Source: Staphylococcus epidermidis
GTDB taxonomy: Bacteria > Bacillota_I > Bacilli_A > RFN20 > CAG-826
Direction: 5' to 3'
Assembly (NCBI GenBank): GCA_945879785.1
Contig: CAMCVC010000001.1
Span: 1-62,617, forward strand
DNA length: 62,617 bases
This document shows, one piece after another, positions 19,371 to 28,724 of the stretch (its first letter is position 1; every line of letters starts with the position of its first letter). The position numbers and the translations under genes are program-made. A model generated the notes under the pieces. That model saw only the letters and a list, made by a program, of their open reading frames with translations, made no database searches and had not been told where the DNA came from.

Positions 19371-20349
19371 AGCATCCTATTTTGCCCCAGGAAAACTGTT
19401 TTTAGCTGGAGAATACGCGGTGACGTATCCTCAAGGAGAAGCGATCATTATCCCTCTGAAGATTGGGATAAAGGTCACCATTGCCGCCAAAAAGAAATAC
19501 GAAATCATTAACCTTCAATATCCAAAAGAATCGATGATGTTTAATATCATCAGTGACATCCCCAATCCTTATGTTCGTTTAGCATTGGAAGTGGTTAGAC
19601 AATGGCTTGAAGCAAAAAAAATTCCTTGGCGAATCTTCTCAATCACCATTGATTCAACGTTGGTTGCAGATCATGGAAAGTATGGATTAGGAAGTAGTGG
19701 TGCGATTACGGTTGCCCTGATTGGTGCCTTGCTTACATTCCACGGGGTTACCTTTACTTCTGAAACACTTTATAAACTTGCCGTCGTTGCCACGGTGCAA
19801 AATTATCAAGACACCTCCTTTGGTGATGTTGCGTGTAGTAGCTTTGCCAAACCCATTCACTATCGAAAATTTCTCCCTACGATGCTACCTTTGATTAAAA
19901 CCCTTCATGTTCATACCTTGATCGACATGCCTTGGGAAGGGTTGTTATTAAACCCTATTCTTAACATGCCATTTACCCCCATTGTCGTCTATTCCGGGAC
20001 CTCAGCAGATTCGCAAACGCTTGTAAAATTGCTCACCCCGCATTTAACTTTAGACTGGGTTAAACAAAGCAATCAATACGTTCATAGCTTAATGACTTCG
20101 TGGGATACCAAGTTGATTGACGCCATTCATCGCCACCTTCAAACCTTAGCAACCATCAGCAAAGCACCTTTGTTTACCCAAGGAATTGACGCCATTTTAA
20201 AGATTGCTCATGCATGTGAAGGGGTTGGTAAGTTTTCTGGTGCCGGCGGGGGAGATTGCACGTTGGTGTTTATCCCTCAACGTAAACAAACCGCATTTCT
20301 AAAGCAAATTAAAAAAGAGAAATATCACATTCTTTCCGATATAATTTAA
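19360..20349 (+). CDS. mvaK2: Phosphomevalonate kinase
   Basis: APGKLFLAGEYAV, GLGSSGAITVAL and FSGAGGGDC are GHMP kinase motifs. I preferred the ATG at 19360 over the GTG at 19348. Confidence 0.8.
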   Translation: MLNKASYFAPGKLFLAGEYAVTYPQGEAIIIPLKIGIKVTIAAKKKYEIINLQYPKESMMFNIISDIPNPYVRLALEVVRQWLEAKKIPWRIFSITIDSTLVADHGKYGLGSSGAITVALIGALLTFHGVTFTSETLYKLAVVATVQNYQDTSFGDVACSSFAKPIHYRKFLPTMLPLIKTLHVHTLIDMPWEGLLLNPILNMPFTPIVVYSGTSADSQTLVKLLTPHLTLDWVKQSNQYVHSLMTSWDTKLIDAIHRHLQTLATISKAPLFTQGIDAILKIAHACEGVGKFSGAGGGDCTLVFIPQRKQTAFLKQIKKEKYHILSDII

Positions 20350-20351
20350 TC

Positions 20352-21326
20352 ATGAACCGAAAAGACGATCACATTCAATTTGCCTTAGCGCAACCTGCCA
20401 TCAATAATGATTTTGATAAGGTTCGTTTCATCCATCACGCCTTTCCTGAAACTAACCTTGAAGATATCGATTTAACCACCACCTTATTTAACCGAACTTT
20501 TCCTTATCCTTTTTATATCAACGCGATGACGGGTGGTAGTGACCAAGCGGGCAAGTTAAATCTGCGATTTGCGAAGTTGGCAAAACACTTTCAAATCCCG
20601 ATGGCCACAGGTTCCATCACTGCTGCGATTAAAGATCCTTCTTTATTAAAAACATTTTCTGTGATTCGCGATGTTTATCCCGAAGGCTTTGTGATTGCCA
20701 ATATTGGAGCGGGTCATCCACTTGCCAACGCCATCAAAGCGATTGGGTTATTGAAGGCTAACGCCTTACAGATTCATGTGAATGCCGTTCAAGAGATAGT
20801 GATGCCAGAAGGTGACAAAGATTTTAAAGGATGGTTAGCGTCGATTCAAGCCATTCGTCAAGGCATCCAAGTTCCCTTAATTGTGAAAGAAGTAGGGTTT
20901 GGCATGAGTGCAAAAACCTTCTCTCAATTAACCGCCATCGGCGTTCGTTATGTTGATGTTGCAGGCAAAGGTGGGACTAATTTTTCCAAGATAGAAAATA
21001 ACCGACGACAACAAACCCTTCCTACGTTTGATGATTGGGGTCAATCCACAGTAGAATCTTTAATCGCTGCTAAACCATTTACCAATCTTCAAGTCATCGC
21101 CAGTGGTGGCATTCGCCAACCGATGGATGTCATCAAGAGTTTGGTGTTAGGTGCGAAGATGGTGGGGTTATCTGGATACTTTCTGCACTTAATCAATAAC
21201 CATACCGATGAAGAAGCGATTGCAACAATAACTTCATTTATCGAAGAACTTAAATTCATCATGTTGCTATTAGGCAAATCAACCATCCAAGCATTACCAA
21301 CCGCTGAATTCACCTACACCCCATGA
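20352..21326 (+). CDS. fni: Type 2 isopentenyl-diphosphate delta-isomerase (FMN-dependent)
   Basis: 324 aa. RKDDHI, INAMTGG, VKEVGFGMS and ASGGIR match the TIM-barrel Idi-2 pattern. Confidence 0.85.
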   Translation: MNRKDDHIQFALAQPAINNDFDKVRFIHHAFPETNLEDIDLTTTLFNRTFPYPFYINAMTGGSDQAGKLNLRFAKLAKHFQIPMATGSITAAIKDPSLLKTFSVIRDVYPEGFVIANIGAGHPLANAIKAIGLLKANALQIHVNAVQEIVMPEGDKDFKGWLASIQAIRQGIQVPLIVKEVGFGMSAKTFSQLTAIGVRYVDVAGKGGTNFSKIENNRRQQTLPTFDDWGQSTVESLIAAKPFTNLQVIASGGIRQPMDVIKSLVLGAKMVGLSGYFLHLINNHTDEEAIATITSFIEELKFIMLLLGKSTIQALPTAEFTYTP

Positions 21327-22168
21327 ACCTCAAAGAAAAAATCGAAGCGTCGTTGCTTCAATTCGTCGAGACCATGCCAGCATCCATCTTAAAAGATGCT
21401 GCTATTTACGTGGTCAAAGCAGGCGGAAAAAGATTTAGACCGTTGGTGGTCTTAACCTTAATTGAAAGTTATGGCATCGATTCAACCCCATACATTGATG
21501 TCGCCACGGCGATTGAAATGATTCATCTTTATTCACTGATTCATGATGATTTACCAGCGATGGATAATGACTCGCTTCGTCATGGAGTACCTACTATTCA
21601 CCGTCAATTTGATGAGGCAACCGCCATCTTACTTGGAGACGGATTATTAACCAACGCTTTTGAACGCGTGAGCAAAAACAAAACCTTAACTGCAGTACAA
21701 AAGGTAAGTTTAATTGAGTTACTCTCTGTCAATGCAGGCTTACAAGGCATGGTGTATGGCCAGCATTTGGATATCGAGGCTGAAGGAAAACAAGTTGACG
21801 TCAACCATTTAAAGCGTATTAGTGAATTCAAAACTGGCAAATTGATTGAAGCTTCGTTTCGGATGGGTGCCATCATGGCCTCACCTGCTGACGCCAACCA
21901 CTGGGGCAAGGTTGGTTTAGACCTTGGGTTGATGTTTCAAATCCAAGACGATGTCTTAGAAGTTACCGTGTCAGTCGAACAACTCAAAAAATCCAAATCG
22001 GATCTCTTATTAGAAAAAGCGACCTTTGTGAGTCAATTGGGGATACAACCGGCAAAAGACATGATTGAACAACTTTATCAACAAGTGAAGGTGACACTAT
22101 CAAAAATTCAATTAAAGAATCATCTCATCACGGACCTGATCAATAAGATTTATGACCGCCGTTATTAG
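21323..22168 (+). CDS. ispA: (E)-polyprenyl diphosphate synthase (farnesyl/geranylgeranyl diphosphate synthase)
   Basis: 281 aa. First Asp-rich motif LIHDDLPAMDNDSLRHG and second motif FQIQDDVLE. Start overlaps the fni stop (ATGA). Chain length is not deducible by eye. Confidence 0.8.
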   Translation: MNLKEKIEASLLQFVETMPASILKDAAIYVVKAGGKRFRPLVVLTLIESYGIDSTPYIDVATAIEMIHLYSLIHDDLPAMDNDSLRHGVPTIHRQFDEATAILLGDGLLTNAFERVSKNKTLTAVQKVSLIELLSVNAGLQGMVYGQHLDIEAEGKQVDVNHLKRISEFKTGKLIEASFRMGAIMASPADANHWGKVGLDLGLMFQIQDDVLEVTVSVEQLKKSKSDLLLEKATFVSQLGIQPAKDMIEQLYQQVKVTLSKIQLKNHLITDLINKIYDRRY

Positions 22169-22532
22169 CGTCATGAATAAACTCGTTTTTACCTTTAAAT
22201 ATTCGATCAAAGTTTAATTTTGTTTTTTGCAAGACTTGATTATCAGCCGAGATTAGCGGATGTTTTTCCAACCAACCTTTCATCGCATTCACGATGGAAG
22301 CAGGTGGGACAACTGCATAATGCAAATAGGTAAAAGGAATCACAAACGTATTCTTTTGTAAATCTTCATTGCCTTGTTTATTCACAATCGCCTCAATGGA
22401 ATCTAAGGTTAAGCCTTGTAGCCAATCTTTAATTTCATGATCACGATACTCAAAAATGACATCGGCTAAAAACTGATGCATGACTTTGATCACTTCGTTA
22501 GAATCAAGGGGGTGTAAGTTAGAATTGATCAT
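22140..22532 (-). CDS. Hypothetical protein, coupled to the upstream P-loop kinase
   Basis: 131-137 aa ORF. Start is uncertain: TTG at 22553, ATG at 22532 or ATG at 22481. It overlaps the kinase 3' end and the ispA 3' end. No motif recognised. Confidence 0.45.
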   Translation of the reverse strand: MINSNLHPLDSNEVIKVMHQFLADVIFEYRDHEIKDWLQGLTLDSIEAIVNKQGNEDLQKNTFVIPFTYLHYAVVPPASIVNAMKGWLEKHPLISADNQVLQKTKLNFDRIFKGKNEFIHDANNGGHKSY

Positions 22533-23046
22533 TTTTTTTAAACCATTCACCAATTTCTTTTATTTTATCTGAGTAATCGTTAAATGGTACATCGAACACT
22601 TTTAAATAGTATGTCTTTTCAGTTTCTGTTGGAAATTGATAATCATGAAACATCTTCAGAATGGCTTCTTTAGGAAATTGTTTCCATGTTCGTTTTTGAT
22701 TTCGTTCCATAAGAACCTCTAAAGGCGGTCTTTCAAAGGCGAAATAAACGATAGGAAAATGTTTAAACCGATTAACAACGGCACCACGGTTTTCAATCGT
22801 GCGTAAGGTTGCATCTAATGCGACCAACATGCCACTTTGAAGCAACTTCTCGATACGCTGATACGTTAAGTCCCAAACTTCTTTTTCTCTTTCAGGTTTA
22901 AAATCAAAACTTCGATACAACTCCATACGGATGTCATCTGTAGACACCACCTGTAAACTTCTAATTTCTTTGTGAATCATGCCCAAGAAAGTTGATTTAC
23001 CTGTAAGTGCCGGACCGGACATAATGATGAGAATACCTTGCTTCAA
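22519..23046 (-). CDS. P-loop kinase (AAA_33 / polynucleotide-kinase-like fold), unknown substrate
   Basis: 175 aa. TTG start with AGGTGA SD overlapping the TAG stop of phnE. Walker A MSGPALTGKST, DAT and lid RNQKR. Confidence 0.6.
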   Translation of the reverse strand: MKQGILIIMSGPALTGKSTFLGMIHKEIRSLQVVSTDDIRMELYRSFDFKPEREKEVWDLTYQRIEKLLQSGMLVALDATLRTIENRGAVVNRFKHFPIVYFAFERPPLEVLMERNQKRTWKQFPKEAILKMFHDYQFPTETEKTYYLKVFDVPFNDYSDKIKEIGEWFKKNDQF

Positions 23047-23054
23047 TAATTCAC

Positions 23055-23867
23055 CTAACCTTTGATGAGTTTTTCACGAATCAAATTAGACAAGAACTCA
23101 ATGATAAGAACAAAGAGGATAATACCCCACAAAGCACTCGCAGCATCATTCCAACGAAAGGCTGTCATCGCAGAAATTAAAGTGAATCCAATACCACCAG
23201 CACCAACCAACCCCAACACCGTTGCATTTTTAAGATTGATTTCAAAACGATGCATCAATGTGGAAATAAATGAGGCTATCAACTGAGGTATGACACCATA
23301 GAAAATTTTTTGTAATTTTGTGGCGCCTTGTGCATCCAGTGCTTCGAGAATACCCTTATCAATATCTTCAATCGCTTCAATAAACAACTTCGCGGTCATA
23401 CCAATGGAAAGCACTGCAATTGTCAGCACCCCGGCAAAAGGACCTGGTCCGGTTACCCGAACAAACATAATCCCAAGAATAAAAAATGGAAACGATCGAA
23501 TGATGGTTAAAGTGGTGTTGCCAATTAAACTGGCCAGCTCACCAACAATATTCCTTGCTGTCAGTAAAGCAAATGGTAGTGAAAGAATCCCTCCAAGAAG
23601 TGTTCCAAGTAATGCGATTCCTAATGTTTCAAACATTAAAAACCAAACACTATCAACATTAAAACTCAAAAAAGCTTCCAAGTTTGGTTCAAACAAAGCT
23701 CGCAAAATATTTCTTGCAATAATTGCCCCACTTTCAGAAACACCTTGGAAGACAAGAACATCTAAACTCCAAACCAGCAAAATAAAAATACCCAAAAAAA
23801 CGACAACATTCCTTAGCGCGTGGCGAGGACGTTTTGAATAAACGGATTGAATGGTGATTGAGCTCAT
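23055..23867 (-). CDS. phnE: Phosphonate-type ABC transporter permease
   Basis: 270 aa with 6 TM helices. EAxxxxGA motif LEALDAQGATKLQKIFYGVIPQ. ATG overlaps the upstream stop (ATGA). Confidence 0.8.
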   Translation of the reverse strand: MSSITIQSVYSKRPRHALRNVVVFLGIFILLVWSLDVLVFQGVSESGAIIARNILRALFEPNLEAFLSFNVDSVWFLMFETLGIALLGTLLGGILSLPFALLTARNIVGELASLIGNTTLTIIRSFPFFILGIMFVRVTGPGPFAGVLTIAVLSIGMTAKLFIEAIEDIDKGILEALDAQGATKLQKIFYGVIPQLIASFISTLMHRFEINLKNATVLGLVGAGGIGFTLISAMTAFRWNDAASALWGIILFVLIIEFLSNLIREKLIKG

Positions 23868-24721
23868 TGTGATTGACCCAGTCTTTTGCGAACATAACGA
23901 GAAAGATTTTCTGTCATTAAGATAAGTGTCACAAACCCGATAAGCATCACCGACACCTTGCCATAGTCTCTTAGGCTCATGGCATCATTGAGTAAAATAC
24001 CAATGCCACCTGCGCCAACAAACCCAAGAATTGCTGAATAACGAATGTTGATTTCAAAGCTATAAAGTGCAACGGAAATAAATTGCCCATAAATTTGGGG
24101 TAGTATGCCGGCAGCAAATGCCTGAGGTTTGGTTGCCCCTGATGATTGAATCGCCTGAAAAGCACCCATATCCAGTGTTTCGATATGCTCATACAGTAAT
24201 TTGGTGCTAATCGCAAACGTAAAGACAGTTAAAGATAAAGCGCCAACAAAAGTGCCATACCCAAACACAAAGGCAAAAATTAAGGCGTATAAAATCGATG
24301 GTAAGGTTCTTACTAATGAGAGTAACAATTTAACGCATGCCGTGATCAGGGGATTGTTAATCATATTTTGTGACGCTAAAAAAGCAATGGGTAAAGAAAT
24401 CAACGAACCCAACAAAGTTCCAATAAACGCCATCTTAATCGTATCAAACAGAGGGTCGATGATGTTTGGTAAGTAAGATAGGTCAAGATTGGTAACCATA
24501 CTTTCAAGGATGGTAAAAAAATTGGGGATTCGAGAGATAAACCAACTAACACCAATGATTTGAAAGTATTGACCAACAATAAATTGATAAAAATACATCA
24601 CGCATAGAAGTAACAGGGAAATGTAAATCCAAGTATAAGACAGCGGTTTAATGGAAGTGGAACCATCACTTAAAACAAACGTCCTCTTGGAAAGGGTTAA
24701 TTTATGTAATAATTTTTTCAT
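23864..24721 (-). CDS. phnE: Phosphonate-type ABC transporter permease
   Basis: Paralogue of the downstream permease (FQAIQSSGATKPQAFAAGILPQ). Start is uncertain: ATG at 24721, 24742/24745 or 24760. Confidence 0.75.
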   Translation of the reverse strand: MKKLLHKLTLSKRTFVLSDGSTSIKPLSYTWIYISLLLLCVMYFYQFIVGQYFQIIGVSWFISRIPNFFTILESMVTNLDLSYLPNIIDPLFDTIKMAFIGTLLGSLISLPIAFLASQNMINNPLITACVKLLLSLVRTLPSILYALIFAFVFGYGTFVGALSLTVFTFAISTKLLYEHIETLDMGAFQAIQSSGATKPQAFAAGILPQIYGQFISVALYSFEINIRYSAILGFVGAGGIGILLNDAMSLRDYGKVSVMLIGFVTLILMTENLSRYVRKRLGQSQ

Positions 24722-25484
24722 CTTTAAATAAAATATCTTCATCATTGATGGCTCGACCATAAATATCTTTTAGAATGGCTTCGGTTACTTTCGAAGCGGG
24801 ACCATCAAAGACCACATTACCTTTATTAATCCCAATCACACGTTTTGCAAATTTTAAAGCTAAGTCGACATGGTGCATATTAACAACAATGGTGATATTT
24901 TCGTGCTCATTGATTCGTTTGAAGTCTCTCATAATCATATTGGCAGTAATTGGATCTAAGGAGGCAACAGGTTCATCTGCTAAAATAATTTTTGGCTTTT
25001 GAGCCAGGGTTCTTGCCAAGGCCACACGTTGCTGTTGTCCGCCCGATAGTTGATCTACACGACTAAATGCTTTTTCTAGGACATTGACTTTTTGTAATGC
25101 TTCTAACGCCAATAATTTATCAGCCTTTGAATACATGCCAAATAACGTTCGCCAAAAACCCATATCAGGAACTCGCGCTGCCAAAACATTATTCATGACA
25201 CTGGTTCGATACACAAGATTGAAAGATTGAAAGACCATGCCAATTTTTCTTCGAAATTGTCTTAACTGTTTGCCAGTCAAAGGTCCAACATCAACCCCAT
25301 CAACTTTTAGTGATCCCTCGGTTATGGAAATCATTTTATTGACCAAACGAATCAGGGTTGATTTTCCTGCTCCACTTAATCCGATGACGGCAACAAACTC
25401 ACCTTGTTCAATGGTTAAATTAACATTGGCAAGGGCTTTTGTTCCATTCGGATAAGTTTTTCCTGCATTGATAAATTCAATCAT
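24702..25484 (-). CDS. phnC: Phosphonate-type ABC transporter ATP-binding protein
   Basis: 260 aa. Walker [34 protein letters not shown] and an N-terminus typical of PhnC. Confidence 0.85.
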   Translation of the reverse strand: MIEFINAGKTYPNGTKALANVNLTIEQGEFVAVIGLSGAGKSTLIRLVNKMISITEGSLKVDGVDVGPLTGKQLRQFRRKIGMVFQSFNLVYRTSVMNNVLAARVPDMGFWRTLFGMYSKADKLLALEALQKVNVLEKAFSRVDQLSGGQQQRVALARTLAQKPKIILADEPVASLDPITANMIMRDFKRINEHENITIVVNMHHVDLALKFAKRVIGINKGNVVFDGPASKVTEAILKDIYGRAINDEDILFKDEKIIT

Positions 25485-25549
25485 GTTTTCCTAAAAAATA
25501 AGGCTTGAGTAAACCTCAAGCCTTATTATACAAAATACGGAGGAACTAA

Positions 25550-26587
25550 CTAAGCAATTAATGCGTTAGCGGCTCTTGCACCATCGTAGTCAGCATCATC
25601 GGCTAATGCATAACCTTCATGGCTGTAAACTTTGAAAATATCTTTGACGACCGCAAAGGTTGCATCGTCTCCTGGTAAGTCGGTTGTATCCTGCACCAAG
25701 TTGATGAAAGCTTGTTCAATGGCAGCTTGTAAGTCATTATCAACAGTGCGCTTTGAAACGGTGACGGTATCGTTATAGATACCTTCTGTGACAAACACAA
25801 CATCCGTTTCATCCCAAATGCTTTCGGTACGGCCATAGTCGCCGGTCCATTGGGTTGCATAGTCGCGTCTAAAGTCAGCATAACCGAATGCGATGTCAAC
25901 TTGACCTGATGCTAAGGCGGCAGCAGCACCACCGTAACCAGAAACTTGAATCACATTTGAAGATGGCAGGTCAGTTAGCTTTTTATCATAAAGTTCCATG
26001 AATTCTAGGGTTGGATAGATTCTACCAGCAGAAGAAGTAGCCGATTGAACCCCAATTTTTGCATCTTGGAGATCTTCCCAAGTAATTTGATTTCCAGCAT
26101 TGATAATGGCAGCTAATGCACGACCTTTAGCTGAGGTTCCTGCAACACCGATTGAACGGTAATAGGTGACTTGATTGGAAGAATCACCAACGGTTGGTTC
26201 TCCATCATTCCAGTCTTTTGGATTCTCTGAGTCTTTGTTTAGACCACCACGGGTTGCGGTTAATGCAACATCCATGTTGTCACCATCTTTATAGATGGCA
26301 TACGTACCACCAGGAATTAAACCGACATCAGCGGTTCCTGCATCTAATGCTTCACCGACTGCTTCGTAGGAAGTTCCCACGAATGCACCAACAGTTTCAA
26401 ATTCAAAACCAAGTTCAGCAAGTTCGGCTTTTAAAACGGCAGGTAAGAAAGTGATTCCCTTGACTAACGTGGCGTTATCTCTTGAAGGAACAAAGAACAC
26501 ACTTAAATTCGTCTTTAATGGCGTCCCCCCACAAGCAGAAAGCGCGATGACGGCAGCAGCACTAATTGGAAGGAAAATCTTCTTCAT
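25550..26587 (-). CDS. phnD: Phosphonate/phosphite-type ABC substrate-binding lipoprotein
   Basis: 345 aa. Lipobox ALSACGG. PhnD-like motifs VFFVPSRD, DVGLIPGGTY and VDIAFGYADF. First gene of the phnDCEE operon. Confidence 0.75.
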   Translation of the reverse strand: MKKIFLPISAAAVIALSACGGTPLKTNLSVFFVPSRDNATLVKGITFLPAVLKAELAELGFEFETVGAFVGTSYEAVGEALDAGTADVGLIPGGTYAIYKDGDNMDVALTATRGGLNKDSENPKDWNDGEPTVGDSSNQVTYYRSIGVAGTSAKGRALAAIINAGNQITWEDLQDAKIGVQSATSSAGRIYPTLEFMELYDKKLTDLPSSNVIQVSGYGGAAAALASGQVDIAFGYADFRRDYATQWTGDYGRTESIWDETDVVFVTEGIYNDTVTVSKRTVDNDLQAAIEQAFINLVQDTTDLPGDDATFAVVKDIFKVYSHEGYALADDADYDGARAANALIA

Positions 26588-26660
26588 CTTGTTCTCCTTT
26601 TCGGTATAAACCGATTTACGTAATTATTTTAAATAATAATCATAACTAATGAGGATTTTG

Positions 26661-26681
26661 AATTGTAAAGAAATTGTAAAG
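26661..26681 (-). promoter_or_regulatory. Pho-box-like direct repeat upstream of phnD (TTTACA-N5-TTTACA)
   Basis: The plus strand has AATTGTAAAG twice with 11-bp periodicity. On the coding (minus) strand this reads CTTTACAATTTCTTTACAATT, 75-95 nt upstream of the phnD ATG. TATGAT lies 19 nt downstream. Confidence 0.5.
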
Positions 26682-26692
26682 TAAGAATTGAT

Positions 26693-27700
26693 TTATAGTT
26701 TGATGGTTTGAGAAGCAGCTTTTTCTAAACGATTCATCAAGGCTGCACCAATCCCTCGGCTTGAAAAAGGGTGGGTATAAATAGTTTTTATTTTCAGATC
26801 ATCCAAGGTTCGTAAAGTACGGTACAAGGCCCGGGCAATAATTTCTAAGGTTGATTGCGGACCTAATGAAAAAGTATTGATGGGTAGTGATTGCAAATGT
26901 CCGCATACTTCATTGCTGCCCATGAATACAGCGTCATGATCGGTTACTTTTTTCAGGAACTTAATGATCGCTTCGGCATCCCCGTCCAAAATAATCACAT
27001 CACCAAAAGGTTTGTAATGCTGGTATTTCATCCCGGGAGATTTTGGCGCTTTATCCACTTTACTTGTGGAGACCACCACCATGCCTAAGACATTTTCAAT
27101 CGCTTCAACACTGACTGCACCAGGGCGGAGGATGGTAGGAATTTTAGCCGTCATGTCAATCACGGTCGATTCGATGCCGTATTCAGGAATACCGCCATCT
27201 ACAAAAATGCCAACTTTTCCAAAAAAGTCACGGTAAACAGCTTCAAAGGTGGTGCCAGAAGGCTTACCAGATAAGTTAGCGCTTGGGGCGCACAAAGGAA
27301 CACCAGCCGCTTTGATGACATCTCTTGCGAGGACTTCTTTTGGCATTCGGACGGCAACGGTTGGTAGGTTAGCGGTGATGATATTTGAAACCGAAGGTGA
27401 TTTGGGAAGCACCAAGGTCAAAGGGCCTGGCCAAAAGGCATTTATTAGTTTTTTGGCATTGGCATTAACCTCAGTGACAAGGGCATCTAATTGACTTAAG
27501 TCAGCAATATGAATGATGAGGGGGTTATCTTGCGGTCTACCTTTGGTGGTAAAGATTTTTTGAATGGCGATAGGGTCAGCAATGGACGCACCCAATCCAT
27601 AGACTGTTTCCGTTGGGAAAACGATAAGTTCGTGGTTCTCAATGGCCTTTTTAATGAAGTTTTCTTCAAGCAAAGGTTGTTTAATAATCGTAGATTTCAT
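26693..27700 (-). CDS. tsaC: L-threonylcarbamoyladenylate synthase (Sua5/YwlC type)
   Basis: 335 aa. FPTETVYGLGA, KGRPQDNPLIIH, APSANLSGKPS and a C-terminal Sua5 domain. Confidence 0.85.
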   Translation of the reverse strand: MKSTIIKQPLLEENFIKKAIENHELIVFPTETVYGLGASIADPIAIQKIFTTKGRPQDNPLIIHIADLSQLDALVTEVNANAKKLINAFWPGPLTLVLPKSPSVSNIITANLPTVAVRMPKEVLARDVIKAAGVPLCAPSANLSGKPSGTTFEAVYRDFFGKVGIFVDGGIPEYGIESTVIDMTAKIPTILRPGAVSVEAIENVLGMVVVSTSKVDKAPKSPGMKYQHYKPFGDVIILDGDAEAIIKFLKKVTDHDAVFMGSNEVCGHLQSLPINTFSLGPQSTLEIIARALYRTLRTLDDLKIKTIYTHPFSSRGIGAALMNRLEKAASQTIKL

Positions 27701-27748
27701 AGGTTTATTCTATCATTATTTATGACTCCATAGTAAGATAAAAGCAGC

Positions 27749-28723
27749 ATGAAAGAACTAAAAAGAATCTTATTGCTTGACCCTTCCATTGCTACTTTTA
27801 ACATTGGCGATAAGATTATTTCCCAATCGGTTCGTGAACATTTAAAACCACTGATTGATTTCAGTTTTGTCATCGAAGCATCTACTCACTTACCTGTGAC
27901 GATGTACTTAAAAAATATTTTTTATAGTTACGATTTTGATTATCGCTTTGTGTGTGGTTCAAATCTCATCCGGGGAAAAATGAATCGTTTGGTCAAGTTG
28001 TGGGATATCAATTTACGATCCGCGAGCATTGTTTCTCCGCTGATTTTAATTGGTGTTGGTTGGTGGAAAAAAGGTGATTTACCAAACCAATATTCTAAAC
28101 TTCTTTACTCAAGGCTGCTTGATAAAAAAATGTTACATTCCGTTCGTGACAATTTTACCCTTTCCCAGTTCCAAGCGATGGGTTTTAAAAACATCATCAA
28201 CACCGCCTGTCCAACCATGTGGAACTTAACCAAAGACCACTGCAAAGATATTCCAAAGACAAAAGCAAAAGATGTGATCACCACCTTAACAGACTATGAT
28301 AAAAATCCAGTTGCCGACCAACAAATGTTAAACATCTTAAGTAAAAAATACCGGAAAGTATTTCTTTGGTTGCAAGGGGTGAATGACTTTAATTATGCGC
28401 ATTTACTTAACTTACCCACCAACCTTGAATTGGTCAATCCTAATTTAGAAGATTATGATACCTTGTTACAAACCCAAGATATCGATTATGTTGGCACTAG
28501 ACTTCATGCAGGGATTAGAGCCTTACAAAAAAAACGCAGAACGATTATTTTAGCAGTCGATCATCGTGCGCTTGAAAAGAAGAAAGATTTTAATCTTACC
28601 GTATTAGACCGTCATGATATCCACTTATTAGAAGGCATGATTGATGATACGTTTAAAACAGACATTCAATTACCAATTGAGAATATCCAAACGTGGAAGA
28701 GTCAATTTGCTGATGAAAAATAA
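27749..28723 (+). CDS. Polysaccharide pyruvyl transferase family protein
   Basis: 324 aa. N-terminal NIGDKII, HSVRDNFT, TACPTMW and VGTRLHAGIRAL resemble the PS_pyruv_trans pattern. Confidence 0.55.
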   Translation: MKELKRILLLDPSIATFNIGDKIISQSVREHLKPLIDFSFVIEASTHLPVTMYLKNIFYSYDFDYRFVCGSNLIRGKMNRLVKLWDINLRSASIVSPLILIGVGWWKKGDLPNQYSKLLYSRLLDKKMLHSVRDNFTLSQFQAMGFKNIINTACPTMWNLTKDHCKDIPKTKAKDVITTLTDYDKNPVADQQMLNILSKKYRKVFLWLQGVNDFNYAHLLNLPTNLELVNPNLEDYDTLLQTQDIDYVGTRLHAGIRALQKKRRTIILAVDHRALEKKKDFNLTVLDRHDIHLLEGMIDDTFKTDIQLPIENIQTWKSQFADEK

Positions 28724-28724
28724 C

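Noticed and set aside
23320-23841. 173-aa ORF on the plus strand inside phnE
   Set aside because: It is fully antisense to a well-supported permease gene. The composition is low-complexity and basic, and it has no SD. It is a typical shadow ORF.
26661-26681. Possible CRISPR-like or tandem repeat
   Set aside because: There are only two 10-nt copies with a 1-nt spacer and no cas genes. A regulator binding site explains it better.
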